From: Nitrosopumilaceae archaeon
Lineage (GTDB): Archaea > Thermoproteota > Nitrososphaeria > Nitrososphaerales > Nitrosopumilaceae
Reading direction: 5' to 3'
Assembly (NCBI GenBank): GCA_965207375.1
Contig: OZ242274.1
Location: 992,001-1,056,000 of the forward strand
DNA length: 64,000 bases
A program made the position numbers and the translations under genes. Below, piece after piece: positions 10,452-20,609 of this stretch (position 1 is its first letter; each line of letters begins with the position of its first letter). The notes under the pieces are model-generated. The model did no database searches. It worked only from the letters and a program-made list of their open reading frames with translations, and was not told the origin of the DNA.

Positions 10452-11576
10452 TTGAGGTTAATTAACGAGCAGCTTTCTGCTAGTTCCATAGGAGATATTT
10501 TAGAGAGAGCATTAACAGGCAATACCATTACAGCACAAGATTGTCTCAGGCTTTTAGAATCTGAAGATGTTCATTTGATGGGGCTAGTTGCAGGCTCGCT
10601 GACACGAAGACGATTTGGTGCAAATGCATCCTTTGTAAATAACATGATTTTAAATTATACAAATGTCTGCATCACAGATTGCAAATTTTGCGCGTTTTAT
10701 AGATCACCTGGTGCTGATGACTCTTACACCCTGACCCTTGATGAAATAAAGACTCGCGTAAAGACCTGTTGGGACATGTTCAAAATAAGACAGGTACTGA
10801 TTCAGGGAGGCCACAACCCAAATTTGAAAATCGAATATTACGAGGATGCATTTAAGATGATACGTGAAAAATTTCCAGAGGTGGGCATACATGGACTGTC
10901 TGCATCAGAAATTGACATGATTGCAAAGGTTGAAAAATCCTCAACTAGAGAAGTTTTAAAGCGGCTCAAAGATTCAGGATTACAATCTGTTCCTGGTGCT
11001 GGTGCAGAAATTTTAGTTGATTCTGTAAAAGATATAATCAGTCCTAAAAAAATATCAAGTTCTGACTGGCTTCGAATTATGGAAGAGGCCCACGATATAG
11101 GACTGCCTGCATCTGCAACTATGATGTACGGACATGTAGAATCCAACCAAGACATAGTAGATCATTTTGAGGCAGTCAAAAAATTACAGGAAAAAACCAA
11201 CGGATTTATGGCATTTATTCCATGGAATTTTGAACCAAACAATACTCTGATGCAAAAGGAGAATTTGGTAACTTTTGGAACAGGTGGAATTCAGCTTTTA
11301 AAGATGATTGCAATATCTAGAATAATCTTTGATGGCATAATTCCACACATACAGTCATCATGGCTTACAAACGGGGTCGGAATGGCTCAGCTTGCGCTAC
11401 AGTACGGTGCAGATGATTTTGGAGGAACCCTGATAGGCGAGGAGGTAGTATCATGTACCGGGGCGCGCTCCACTGAATTAACCGACAAGCGAATAATTGA
11501 CTCTATACATCAAATAGGATATCAGGTCAAAGAAAGGGATAATTTTTACAAAACAATCAAGATTCATAATCCATAG
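10452..11576 (+). CDS. mqnC: Radical SAM cyclic dehypoxanthinyl futalosine synthase (MqnC/CofH family)
   Basis: NYTNVCITDCKFCAFYR, QGGHNP, PGAGAEIL and ATMMYGHVE motifs; convergent with a UbiD gene. Confidence 0.82.
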   Translation: MRLINEQLSASSIGDILERALTGNTITAQDCLRLLESEDVHLMGLVAGSLTRRRFGANASFVNNMILNYTNVCITDCKFCAFYRSPGADDSYTLTLDEIKTRVKTCWDMFKIRQVLIQGGHNPNLKIEYYEDAFKMIREKFPEVGIHGLSASEIDMIAKVEKSSTREVLKRLKDSGLQSVPGAGAEILVDSVKDIISPKKISSSDWLRIMEEAHDIGLPASATMMYGHVESNQDIVDHFEAVKKLQEKTNGFMAFIPWNFEPNNTLMQKENLVTFGTGGIQLLKMIAISRIIFDGIIPHIQSSWLTNGVGMAQLALQYGADDFGGTLIGEEVVSCTGARSTELTDKRIIDSIHQIGYQVKERDNFYKTIKIHNP

Positions 11577-13023
11577 TTTGGCCATTTCTGATCTACTAGG
11601 CTTTTTGTTTTAGAATCGGCTTTTACCTGTTCTTGAATTTCTCTGGCGTACCCTTCCTCTACAGTTTCTGGGTAGCATCGATTCCAAGCTTTGAACCTAG
11701 ATTAACCAAAGGAGATGCCGGATCTAAAGTATCAGTTGGCGTGTTTGGTATGATTATCGTATCACGTGCAGCATCTGCCCTAGTAGTTATTGCCCAAATT
11801 ACATCGTTTATGTCATGAACATTTACGTCCTGATCTACAATTACAAACATTTTGGTGAGTGCAAGCTGCCCTGTTCCCCACAAACCCATCATGACCTTTT
11901 TTGCCTGACCAGGATATCGTTTCTTAATTGAAATGATGGCCAAACCCTGAAACCATCCGGATGCAGGCATGGAATAGTCGACTACTTCAGGGTGCAACAT
12001 CTGAATCAGTGGTAAAAATGAGCGCTCTATTACCTTGCCAATATATGCATCTTCTAATACCGGCTTGCCAACAATTGTTGTAAGGTATATTGGTTTTTCT
12101 CGTCTCATGATTGCAGTTAGTGTAAATGTCGGATATTTCTCAACTGGTGTATAGTATCCGGTATGATCCCCAAATGGGCCCTCGTTTCTGAGGTCTGTGG
12201 GATCGACGTATCCTTCAAAGACAATATCTGCATTGGCAGGAACCTCAAGATCAATTGTCTTACATTTTACGGTTTGAATTCCTTTCTTTTGCGTAATTCC
12301 TGCAAACAGGTATTTGTCTAATCCTTCTGGTACAGGTGCTACTGCTGAAAATATCGTTGCAGGTTCTCCGCCGATTATGATGGCTGCCTCAATTTTGTCA
12401 CCAGTGTCCTTTTTTATCTCACCGTGTTGTGCACCACGCTTGTGTTTTTGCCAGTGCATCAAGGCATGTGTATCATCTACAATTTGAATTCTGTACACAC
12501 CGAGATTTCTTACACCCGTCTGTGGATGCTTGGTTGCAACGAGTCCAAATGTGATGAATTTACCTGCATCCTTTGGCCATGTCTTAAGAATTGGGGTTCT
12601 ATCAAAGCTTGGAGATTCATCTGTAATTTCAGTTACCGGTCCTGACTTTTCCAATTTAGGAAATGATTCTGCCATCTTTGATAGTTCGGGTAATTTTTTG
12701 ATTTTGTTAAACAGTCCTGAGGGCATTTCCATTTTTGTCATATCCACAATGCGCTGACCAATTTGGGTAAAGTCTCTAGTCTCTAGACTAAGTTCTAGTC
12801 TTTTCATTGAACCAAATGTATTTCCCAAAACAGGTATATCATATCCCTTGACATCTTCAAAAAGAATGGCAGGTCCGTTTGCATACATGCTTCTTTTTAA
12901 AATTTCAGCAATTTCTAAATCAGCATCAACTTGTGTTTTTACTCTTTTTAGCTCACCTGCACCTTCCAAAATTGTGACAAGCTCGTGAATGTCCTTTATT
13001 GGCATATGAGAATATACGCTCAA
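11564..13023 (-). CDS. ubiD: UbiD-family (menaquinone pathway) decarboxylase with 1-bp frameshift near the 3' end
   Basis: RNLGVYR, EGPFGDHTGYY and SKLGIDAT motifs. ORF stops at 11659; one extra A restores QKTVEEGYAREIQ...KWPNYGL to 11564. Confidence 0.88.
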
Positions 13024-13203
13024 GATGGTATAAAGATTGGCAGGGTTTAGTATTGTAGTAATGTGAAAGGTTGTACTGATAAGACCACGCCTAGATTTTT
13101 ATTCTTGATCTTTATGACACTTTGTACCTAGGATACGCGTAATTTCAAAACTAACTATACGAAAATTTTAATGTTAGAGTTTTAATCTAGTCAAATAGGA
13201 GGT

Positions 13204-13434
13204 ATGTCGGAGCAAAATTGTCCGGTTTGCAAGGGCTTGGGCAACATAGAGTTGTTGGGAAGTCAGTGTCCATTTTGCAACGGAACAGGAGAATATACAA
13301 AATCAGCTCAAGCATATTTGAAATCGCACATATGTCAATGCATTTTGCTAGACAGGAAAAAATGCCCATTATGTGGAAAAAAATGTCATCACGATACTCC
13401 TAATCGGCCAAAGGTTTTGATTGGTCCAGTTTAG
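13204..13434 (+). CDS. Small Cys-rich zinc-finger protein
   Basis: Two CxxCxGxG motifs (DnaJ-like) plus CQC and CPLC...CHH. Confidence 0.7.
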   Translation: MSEQNCPVCKGLGNIELLGSQCPFCNGTGEYTKSAQAYLKSHICQCILLDRKKCPLCGKKCHHDTPNRPKVLIGPV

Positions 13435-13826
13435 GGGTTAATTGGAGGAAGTTCGCTTTTCTTTTCATATCCACCAGAGCCGAATTTACAATAAAAGCAC
13501 ATGTCAGATTGCATGTGTGTCAGATGTTCAATTTGAATTGCTCCTAATTTCAAAGCTATTTTTGTTAGCAGTTTGTATTTGAGCGGCATTGCAGGAATCA
13601 CCTCTTCAATGTAGACTTTGTAGTGATCTGGGCAAAACTTTAGGGTAACTCTTTCGGGTTCCTTTCTTGATCCCTTGTTGGATTCGTTTACCTGTTTTGT
13701 AAAATTTATCTGTTCTCGAATATACTCGTGTTTTGGACATGGGCAGCTTTTTCCACCAGGATGTTTGTATGCTGGTGTGTTTTTCCAGTCAAAATCAGGA
13801 TATTCTTTTTCAAAGTCGTCCATCAT
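13431..13826 (-). CDS. Hypothetical Cys/His-rich protein
   Basis: 131-aa ORF with CPCPKH, CPDH and CFYC. Confidence 0.65.
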   Translation of the reverse strand: MMDDFEKEYPDFDWKNTPAYKHPGGKSCPCPKHEYIREQINFTKQVNESNKGSRKEPERVTLKFCPDHYKVYIEEVIPAMPLKYKLLTKIALKLGAIQIEHLTHMQSDMCFYCKFGSGGYEKKSELPPINP

Positions 13827-13916
13827 TACACTGTCACTGTAAGTGCTTATAAAACTTGATTATGAGACAGAAAATAAACCAAATGTAAATAAACCCCTCT
13901 CAAATCCTGTTGTATC

Positions 13917-14453
13917 ATGGCAACCTCAAAAAGAACCACTAAAAAGGATTTAGAAAACAAAATTGTTCAATTAGAGGCAAAAATAGCACAGCTTTCAACA
14001 AAACTAGAAGCCAAACCAGAAAAGCAGATAGAGACCAATCCTGTCAAAAAGGGAAAAAGAGTCCTGCCAAAGGGTTTTGAAGAACCTGTAATAGAAACTC
14101 TGACTACAGTCGAATCAGACTCGTTGGAACATGCGTATCAAAACGCAGCCATGACGGATTTTCACCAGTATCGTGCAAAGGTAACAGGATATACTCCGGC
14201 ACCAAACCGATACTTTGTTAGAAGAACCGCTCCGGTAGGTACAGTTACAACAAAGAGTTGGCACTCACAAAAGGCTACGGTTGCAGGCTATACGCAACCC
14301 TCAAACCAATACTTTGCAACAAGGGCAAGATTGGCATATCATCCACCTGAGAAAACATTTGCAGGATACGATATGAGCTTTGGAGCAGGATCAGTCCAAA
14401 CGCAGACTGCACAGTCCCAAAAGGTTCATGGCACTATGCCGAAAGGTTTCTGA
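13917..14453 (+). CDS. Hypothetical protein with N-terminal coiled coil and internal repeats
   Basis: Repeats VTGYTPAPNRYF / VAGYTQPSNQYF and PKGF twice. Confidence 0.65.
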   Translation: MATSKRTTKKDLENKIVQLEAKIAQLSTKLEAKPEKQIETNPVKKGKRVLPKGFEEPVIETLTTVESDSLEHAYQNAAMTDFHQYRAKVTGYTPAPNRYFVRRTAPVGTVTTKSWHSQKATVAGYTQPSNQYFATRARLAYHPPEKTFAGYDMSFGAGSVQTQTAQSQKVHGTMPKGF

Positions 14454-15213
14454 CCAGTTTTTTAAAATAAAAATTTGTAACAGATGTATGCCTGACAAGT
14501 AGCAAAAATAATTTACATGTCATTTAGATGTTAAACTCCAACCTAACAGGATGACAGATAAATGACTGATTGTATGAATGAACGTGCACAAAAAAAGACA
14601 TTATTTTATTTGGTCTACACCATTATCGTTTGAGGGTTTTTTAATTGCCACCGCATTGAAAAAAATCTTACAGTACACATTGGTATGAATGTCAAACAAA
14701 ATTTTATTAAAGAATTGATGATTAGTTAATTGAGCGTTGTACTATAGATCAAACTCTTGCCTGCATTTTTCACATTTGCATTTTTCTTGACCGGGCTGGC
14801 CTAGCAAGAAAATACGACCAATTGTTTGACATAAAGGACACAAGCCAGTAGTAACATTTTTTGGACCGGTTTTGATTATTTTCTGAGTCTTTCGACGTCC
14901 CATAAATGTAATATTTAATGACGCCTTTTAAGTCTAATTTTTTCAAATTAGAACAGAATAGATTTGTCGTACTTGTTCACCTATTTTTGAGCATTTTTGG
15001 TCCTAAATATATCAGACTGGCCCTACCAGATAATCCTGTCCCAGATTCTTCCAGTGTACGTAATAGACGTTATATGAAAAATTTTTCTCCTACGGCTACG
15101 TACTGATTATATTGGATCTGAGGGCTGAATTAACAATACCTCGTATGAAGGTGAGTAATAGACTAGCTCACAGTAAGCGGACAACAAAATACCACGTTTT
15201 TGATGAATGGTGA

Positions 15214-15346
15214 ATGGGAGTATTCCGCAAGGTCAGGTCCACAAATTTTGATCAAAAAGGAGATGATGATATCATCAACATCGGAATAGACGTTCACAAG
15301 AAACAATGTGTTGCAACCATAAAAAATGATAAAAGCAAAAAGAAAT
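15214..15346 (+). pseudogene. IS110-family transposase, N-terminal fragment
   Basis: MGVFRK...IINIGIDVHKKQCVATIKNDKSKKK contains the first DEDD Asp. It joins 8401 (minus strand) in frame across the AAAGAAAT duplication. Confidence 0.88.
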
Positions 15347-17083
15347 GTAACAGATCGACTTTCTGAAGTTACTCTGGGATTTAGATGACCCATGAAACTG
15401 CATGCAAAACCCCGGTGCAGTTTACGTCAATGAACCAGTATACAACAGATTCAGATTACAGAAATGATCATACAGTAACAAATTTTGTGTATTATACACT
15501 GTACATTTGATGGTATCATGCAGCAACTGTGACTTTTGGCATGGGAATTTCTTTGATATTTCCACGCAGATACTCCTTGACGAAATGATACGGATTTACA
15601 TCGCGCCTTTCACATGTGGCAAATATGCTTTGACGTATCTCTGTGGTTTTTAGGCCTCTCTCTGAGCGACTACCGTAGAATATCTTCCTCATTATAGCAA
15701 ATATGCGCATTGCCTGCTCGCTTGCATTGTTGTGGTACGGCACACCATCATATTTTAGAAATGTTAGCAAAGAGTTACCCTCGCGTTTTAGTCGCTTTAC
15801 ATATCTGAGACAATCTGTATCCTCATATGTTCCTGTAGCAAGTGCATTGATTCTTTTTTGCAGTTTAGTTATGCTGCGCTTTGGAATGTCCTGTACTGTG
15901 TCGTGTTTTTTGCCAAGCTTTATTGCAGATTTTAGTATCTTGTATAGTTCATCAAAGAATGTTTGAAATTCTTTTTTGTCATTTTTTTCAAGCGTTCTAT
16001 ACATGTCTCTGAAATAGTGTAGCAGGCATTTTTGAAGTATATCTGCAACACTCCATCCGGGATGAGAGTCACCCATCAGTATGCCTTCAAAATCCTTTAG
16101 AAACGTCTCAGATACCATTTTGCTTCTAGATTGTGCGATGTGATATACTACCGTATATACAGAATGAAACACCCATGCCCAGCACAGTTTGCCGTTTAGA
16201 TACCATCCTGTTTCGTCACCTCCTAGGATTTTTGCCTTGACAATCTCATCAAGAAGCGAATAATATACAGGTTCTAGGCATTTTGAGACACGTGCATCAA
16301 GTTTTTCAAGTGTGGATATGGCAATATTTTTGCCGTAAAACATCTGCAAGAGTTTTTGTATTTTGCCATACGATATAGTCAGGTTTCTCATTGCAGAAAT
16401 TCTTGCCATTATTGTGATGCTAAAATGCTCTTCTGGCATAAAGTCAATAGGTTTTGCATATTGCATGCGTGCACATTTTTTGCAGTATCTACCCACAATA
16501 GTCATGTTGACACCAGACCATTTGCCGTCTATTATCGATTCACCGTTTCTAGTGTATTTGCTTGACGAATCTGCAAGCGGATTACCACATGATGGACAAA
16601 ACTTGTGATCTACAATTACATCTGTGGTCTCATGGTCTTGTTGCGTATATTTTGGCTGCGTCTTTTGTTTTTTGATCTCTGGGTATCCCTTGTACTCTCT
16701 GGTGTTATAGCTACTGACATGACTGGATCTTGTTTTTTTCTTTTGCAGTTTTGCTATGAGTTTTTTTAGTTGAACGATTTCTTCTTTTAGCTGTTTGTTT
16801 TCTGTGATTACTTGTTTGTTTTCTGCAATCACTTGTTTATTTTCTGCAATCACTTGTTTGCTTTCTACATCTTTTAGCTGATTGTCTTTTTGCAGATCTT
16901 TCATTTGTTTATCCATTTGATCAAATTTTTCAGTAAGAACCTCGAAAAGCTTGTTGACATCGGGATTCTTCCAGTCTATTTCTTCAAGATCAAATCCCGG
17001 CATCATAATTTTATGCTGATGATAGTGATCCTTATGCTTTACTGCCTGACTATATAAGGAACTTCAGAGAGTCGGAATGTTAC
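15347..17083 (-). mobile_element. IS66-family element, copy 2 (inverted, 1737 bp)
   Basis: Near-identical reverse complement of 8410-10146. Flanks AAAGAAAT and GAATAATT. Confidence 0.95.
15516..17006 (-). CDS. IS66-family transposase
   Basis: Protein identical to 8487..9977. Confidence 0.93.
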   Translation of the reverse strand: MMPGFDLEEIDWKNPDVNKLFEVLTEKFDQMDKQMKDLQKDNQLKDVESKQVIAENKQVIAENKQVITENKQLKEEIVQLKKLIAKLQKKKTRSSHVSSYNTREYKGYPEIKKQKTQPKYTQQDHETTDVIVDHKFCPSCGNPLADSSSKYTRNGESIIDGKWSGVNMTIVGRYCKKCARMQYAKPIDFMPEEHFSITIMARISAMRNLTISYGKIQKLLQMFYGKNIAISTLEKLDARVSKCLEPVYYSLLDEIVKAKILGGDETGWYLNGKLCWAWVFHSVYTVVYHIAQSRSKMVSETFLKDFEGILMGDSHPGWSVADILQKCLLHYFRDMYRTLEKNDKKEFQTFFDELYKILKSAIKLGKKHDTVQDIPKRSITKLQKRINALATGTYEDTDCLRYVKRLKREGNSLLTFLKYDGVPYHNNASEQAMRIFAIMRKIFYGSRSERGLKTTEIRQSIFATCERRDVNPYHFVKEYLRGNIKEIPMPKVTVAA

Positions 17084-17256
17084 GAATAATTTGGGAAAAA
17101 CACCGACATAACTGCATTGATCCAGGGTTTGATGATAAAAACAAACTAGATTGCGCTCATTTAAAATATCTTGGAAAATTTAGTCTAGATCTCTATTGTA
17201 GAGCCTCTCTTTTTTTCACGTTATTTTTAAGTAGGGTACAAAAAGTAGATCCACTC

Positions 17257-18039
17257 ATGGTATCGGGTCATCAGATTAGATTGAACAGAATTATGAAAAA
17301 AGGAAGGATGCTTTGTATCCCAATGGATCATGGAATTTCAAACGGCCCAATTGAGGGATTGGAAAATCCACACAAAACAATTTACGATTGTGAAAATCAT
17401 GGGCTTACAAGTGTTATTGTCAATAAGGGAATCATCAAAACATTATCAAGACCAACAAAGATTGGCATTTTGGTTCATTTTTCAAGCAGTACATCACTTT
17501 CTGTATCGCCAAACCGCAAGATGCTGACAGGTTCGGTACAAGAGGCAGTAAGACTAGGGGCAGACGGAGTATCATTACACATCAATATAGGTGGAAAGGA
17601 GGAACCAGAAATGTTAGAGCAGTTAGGATTAACAGCCGAGCAATGTCACAAATGGAATATGCCCTTACTTGCAATGATGTATCCAAGAGGTCAAAACATC
17701 AAAGATCCTCATGACCCACAAATCGTGGGCCATGTTGCAAGAATCGGTGCAGAATGCGGTGCAGATATTGTCAAAACAGTATATACCGGAGATGTGGATT
17801 CATTTGCAAAAATTGTCAAAAGCACGCCAGTTCCTATTGTAGTTGCAGGCGGACCAAAAACAAAGACGGATTTGGATCTGCTAACTATGACCGAAGAGGT
17901 AATGACTGCCGGAGGTAGGGGCGTGACATTTGGCAGAAACATATTTGCCCACAAAAATCCCCAAAAAATTACATCTGCCCTTGCTGCAATAATCTTTGGC
18001 AAGGCAACAGCTAAGGAAGCAGTGAAAAAACTTGAGTAA
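17257..18039 (+). CDS. aroA': 2-amino-3,7-dideoxy-D-threo-hept-6-ulosonate synthase
   Basis: Class I aldolase motifs PMDHG, AMMYPRG, GADIVKT and VVAGG; first gene of the aro cluster. Start set at ATG 17257. Confidence 0.9.
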   Translation: MVSGHQIRLNRIMKKGRMLCIPMDHGISNGPIEGLENPHKTIYDCENHGLTSVIVNKGIIKTLSRPTKIGILVHFSSSTSLSVSPNRKMLTGSVQEAVRLGADGVSLHINIGGKEEPEMLEQLGLTAEQCHKWNMPLLAMMYPRGQNIKDPHDPQIVGHVARIGAECGADIVKTVYTGDVDSFAKIVKSTPVPIVVAGGPKTKTDLDLLTMTEEVMTAGGRGVTFGRNIFAHKNPQKITSALAAIIFGKATAKEAVKKLE

Positions 18040-19090
18040 ATCTAGAGAACTAGTTGTTTTGCCAAAGGTTCCAAAGGCAAAATTGGAAAACTTTGTCTCA
18101 CAGCTTGCCCAAGAAGGAATAAAGACAGTGTATGAAAATCCAAAATCACTTGCAAAAAGCAAGACAAAGATGAGTACAATTTATCCTTCAAGTGATGCAA
18201 ATTATGTGATACTTGAAAAAGATGTCAGAAAGGTTCGTGGCAAAAAAATAGGTAAAAAATTCCGGGTCTTATCAAATGAGGATATTGAAGATATACTATA
18301 CACTGCAAAAAAAGGCCTAGATTTTGTCATAGTTGAAGTCAAGGATTGGAAAATTATCCCGCTAGAAAACATTATTGCAAAATTGCACAAAATTCACACA
18401 AAGATCTTTACAATTGCACATAGTCCACAGGAGGTAAGAAAGATGTTTTCTATCTTAGAGGTAGGCGTAGATGGGGTAATCTTTGCTGCTTCTTCAATTA
18501 ATCAGGTAAAGGAGGCACTAGTATATCTGGGAACTAGACACTTTGAGCTAAAACCTGCAAGAATTGTTGAAATCAAAGAGGTCGGAGACGGTGAGCGTGT
18601 GTGTGTGGATACGGCATCAATGTTACACAAGGGTGAGGGGATGCTTATCGGCAGCAGATCAAACTTTTTGTTTTTGGTTCATAATGAATCTGTGGGTTCC
18701 TCATTTACATCGCCTAGACCATTTAGAGTCAATGCAGGGGCTGTTCATTGTTATACCTTGGCGCCAGATGGCACAACAAAATACCTCTCAGAAATGGAGA
18801 CAGGAAGCGAGGTCTTGGTGTTGAATCCAAAAGGAAATGCAAGAAGGGCAACTGTGGGCCGCTCAAAAATTGAAAGACGTCCCATGTTAATGATCAAGGC
18901 AAAGACGGGAAATGAAATTGGAGGCATCATTGCACAGGATGCAGAAACTATAAGATTTGTAAAACCAAATGGCAGCCTAGTATCTGTAACGCATCTCAAA
19001 AAAGGAGACACCGTTATGGTGCATGCAAAATCTGCAATAGGCAGGCATTTTGGAATGGAAGTCTCAGACGAATATATTTTGGAAAAATGA
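18032..19090 (+). CDS. aroB': 3-dehydroquinate synthase II
   Basis: WKIIPLENIIA, RVCVDT, RPFRVNAG and RHFG motifs. Confidence 0.93.
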   Translation: MSKSRELVVLPKVPKAKLENFVSQLAQEGIKTVYENPKSLAKSKTKMSTIYPSSDANYVILEKDVRKVRGKKIGKKFRVLSNEDIEDILYTAKKGLDFVIVEVKDWKIIPLENIIAKLHKIHTKIFTIAHSPQEVRKMFSILEVGVDGVIFAASSINQVKEALVYLGTRHFELKPARIVEIKEVGDGERVCVDTASMLHKGEGMLIGSRSNFLFLVHNESVGSSFTSPRPFRVNAGAVHCYTLAPDGTTKYLSEMETGSEVLVLNPKGNARRATVGRSKIERRPMLMIKAKTGNEIGGIIAQDAETIRFVKPNGSLVSVTHLKKGDTVMVHAKSAIGRHFGMEVSDEYILEK

Positions 19091-19761
19091 AATACAAAAC
19101 ATGTGTTTCTATAGCAGAGAAAACACCAAAAAAACTAAACCAGACACTGCTAAAGGCACTAAAAAAATCGCAATACGCAGAACTGCGATTGGATTTTCTA
19201 AATCCTTCCCAGGTACCTGTTGCATTGGATTTGGCAAAAAAAAATCTCAAAAGATGTGTGTGCACACTGCGTCCAAAGACAGAAGGTGGCGTATTTGCAG
19301 GTACACAAAAACATAGAGTCTCAATTTTAAAATTAATTTCCGAATATTACCCGTATATGATTGATATTGAATTTTTGACACTCTCAAAAGATCGGGATCT
19401 GCTAAATTATGTTAAAAGGACAAAAACGCCTATACTTGTATCATGGCACGACTTTAAGAAAACACCAAAAATCTCAGAGCTTACAGGCAAATTCTCCAAG
19501 ATGCAAAAACTATCAAAAAACATCAAAATAGTTACCACTGCAAAAACACCCGATGATGCATCTAGAATACTCTCACTGTATGGACGTTCATCCCAATCTA
19601 ATTTGATTGCCTTTGCAATGGGGGATCTGGGGCGAATTTCAAGAATTTTATGTCTGTATTTGGGCAGTCCTTATACTTATGTGTCGTTGGGACAGGCCAT
19701 AGCTGCTGGACAATTCAGCGTAGATGAGGTCAAAAAAATCACCAAACTTTTAGGCAATTAG
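19087..19761 (+). CDS. aroD: Type I 3-dehydroquinate dehydratase
   Basis: ELRLD, EGG, SWHDFKKTP, MGDLGRISR and AGQ motifs. Confidence 0.92.
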   Translation: MKYKTCVSIAEKTPKKLNQTLLKALKKSQYAELRLDFLNPSQVPVALDLAKKNLKRCVCTLRPKTEGGVFAGTQKHRVSILKLISEYYPYMIDIEFLTLSKDRDLLNYVKRTKTPILVSWHDFKKTPKISELTGKFSKMQKLSKNIKIVTTAKTPDDASRILSLYGRSSQSNLIAFAMGDLGRISRILCLYLGSPYTYVSLGQAIAAGQFSVDEVKKITKLLGN

Positions 19762-19794
19762 AGTTTAAATCAATCTATTGTATCACAAAATTAA

Positions 19795-20607
19795 ATGATT
19801 AAAACATTTGCAGTCATAGGTGACCCAATTGAGCATTCGATGTCTCCTAATATACACAATGCAGCATTTAAGGAATTAAACATGGAATCAACCTATATTG
19901 CATATAAAATTCCAAAAAGCGAACTAGAAGAAGGCATAGAATCTCTCAAAAAAATCCAGATTTCCGGATTCAACGTTACTATCCCACACAAGGTTGATGT
20001 GATGAAATACCTCGATAAGACAGATGATATATGTAGTGTGATTGGGGCCTCAAATACGGTTACAAATGAAAATGGTATTTTAAAAGGATACAATACCGAC
20101 ATGGATGGATTTTTAGATCCCATTAAAAAAAGGGGAATCAAAATCAACAATGAATCTGTTTTGTTACTAGGGGCAGGAGGCGCAGCTAGAGCAATTGTAG
20201 CAGGATTTGCAAAGGAGCATGCAAAAAATGTTACAATTGCAAATAAAACGATACTAAAAGCAAAGGAACTTGTACAGTTTGCAACAAAATTGGGACTAGA
20301 TGCAGCTGCTACTGACTCTGTACCTGACCCCTCAGAGTATAGATTCATAGTCAATGCTACATCTGTTGGACTGCGAGGTGAGACAACACAGGTTGATACA
20401 GCACGAATTGGAAAAAATTCAGTCGTATATGATATTGTGTACATGCCAATGAATACGGATCTGATAAAAAAATCAAGGGTGCGAGGGGCTGTAATAATTT
20501 ATGGATATGAGATGCTGTTGGCTCAGGCAGCTAGGGCGTTTGAAATATGGCATAAAAGACAAGCACCATATAATGCAATGAAAAAGGCACTAGTAGGTGC
20601 AACTTAG
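19795..20607 (+). CDS. aroE: Shikimate dehydrogenase
   Basis: HSMSP, NVTIPHK, NTD, GAGGAARA and YDIVY motifs. Confidence 0.95.
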   Translation: MIKTFAVIGDPIEHSMSPNIHNAAFKELNMESTYIAYKIPKSELEEGIESLKKIQISGFNVTIPHKVDVMKYLDKTDDICSVIGASNTVTNENGILKGYNTDMDGFLDPIKKRGIKINNESVLLLGAGGAARAIVAGFAKEHAKNVTIANKTILKAKELVQFATKLGLDAAATDSVPDPSEYRFIVNATSVGLRGETTQVDTARIGKNSVVYDIVYMPMNTDLIKKSRVRGAVIIYGYEMLLAQAARAFEIWHKRQAPYNAMKKALVGAT

Positions 20608-20609
20608 AC

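Noticed and set aside
14741-14755. 15-bp match ACTATAGATCAAACT with 22877-22891
   Set aside because: An isolated match of this length is plausible by chance in 64 kb of AT-rich DNA; the flanks do not extend.
17077-17256. N-terminal extension of the aroA' ORF starting in the IS66 TIR
   Set aside because: Chance open frame; the aldolase-like sequence begins at ATG 17257.
19893-20444. Antisense ORFs over core genes (this one and many of 60-140 aa)
   Set aside because: Shadow frames of well-supported genes with no motifs.
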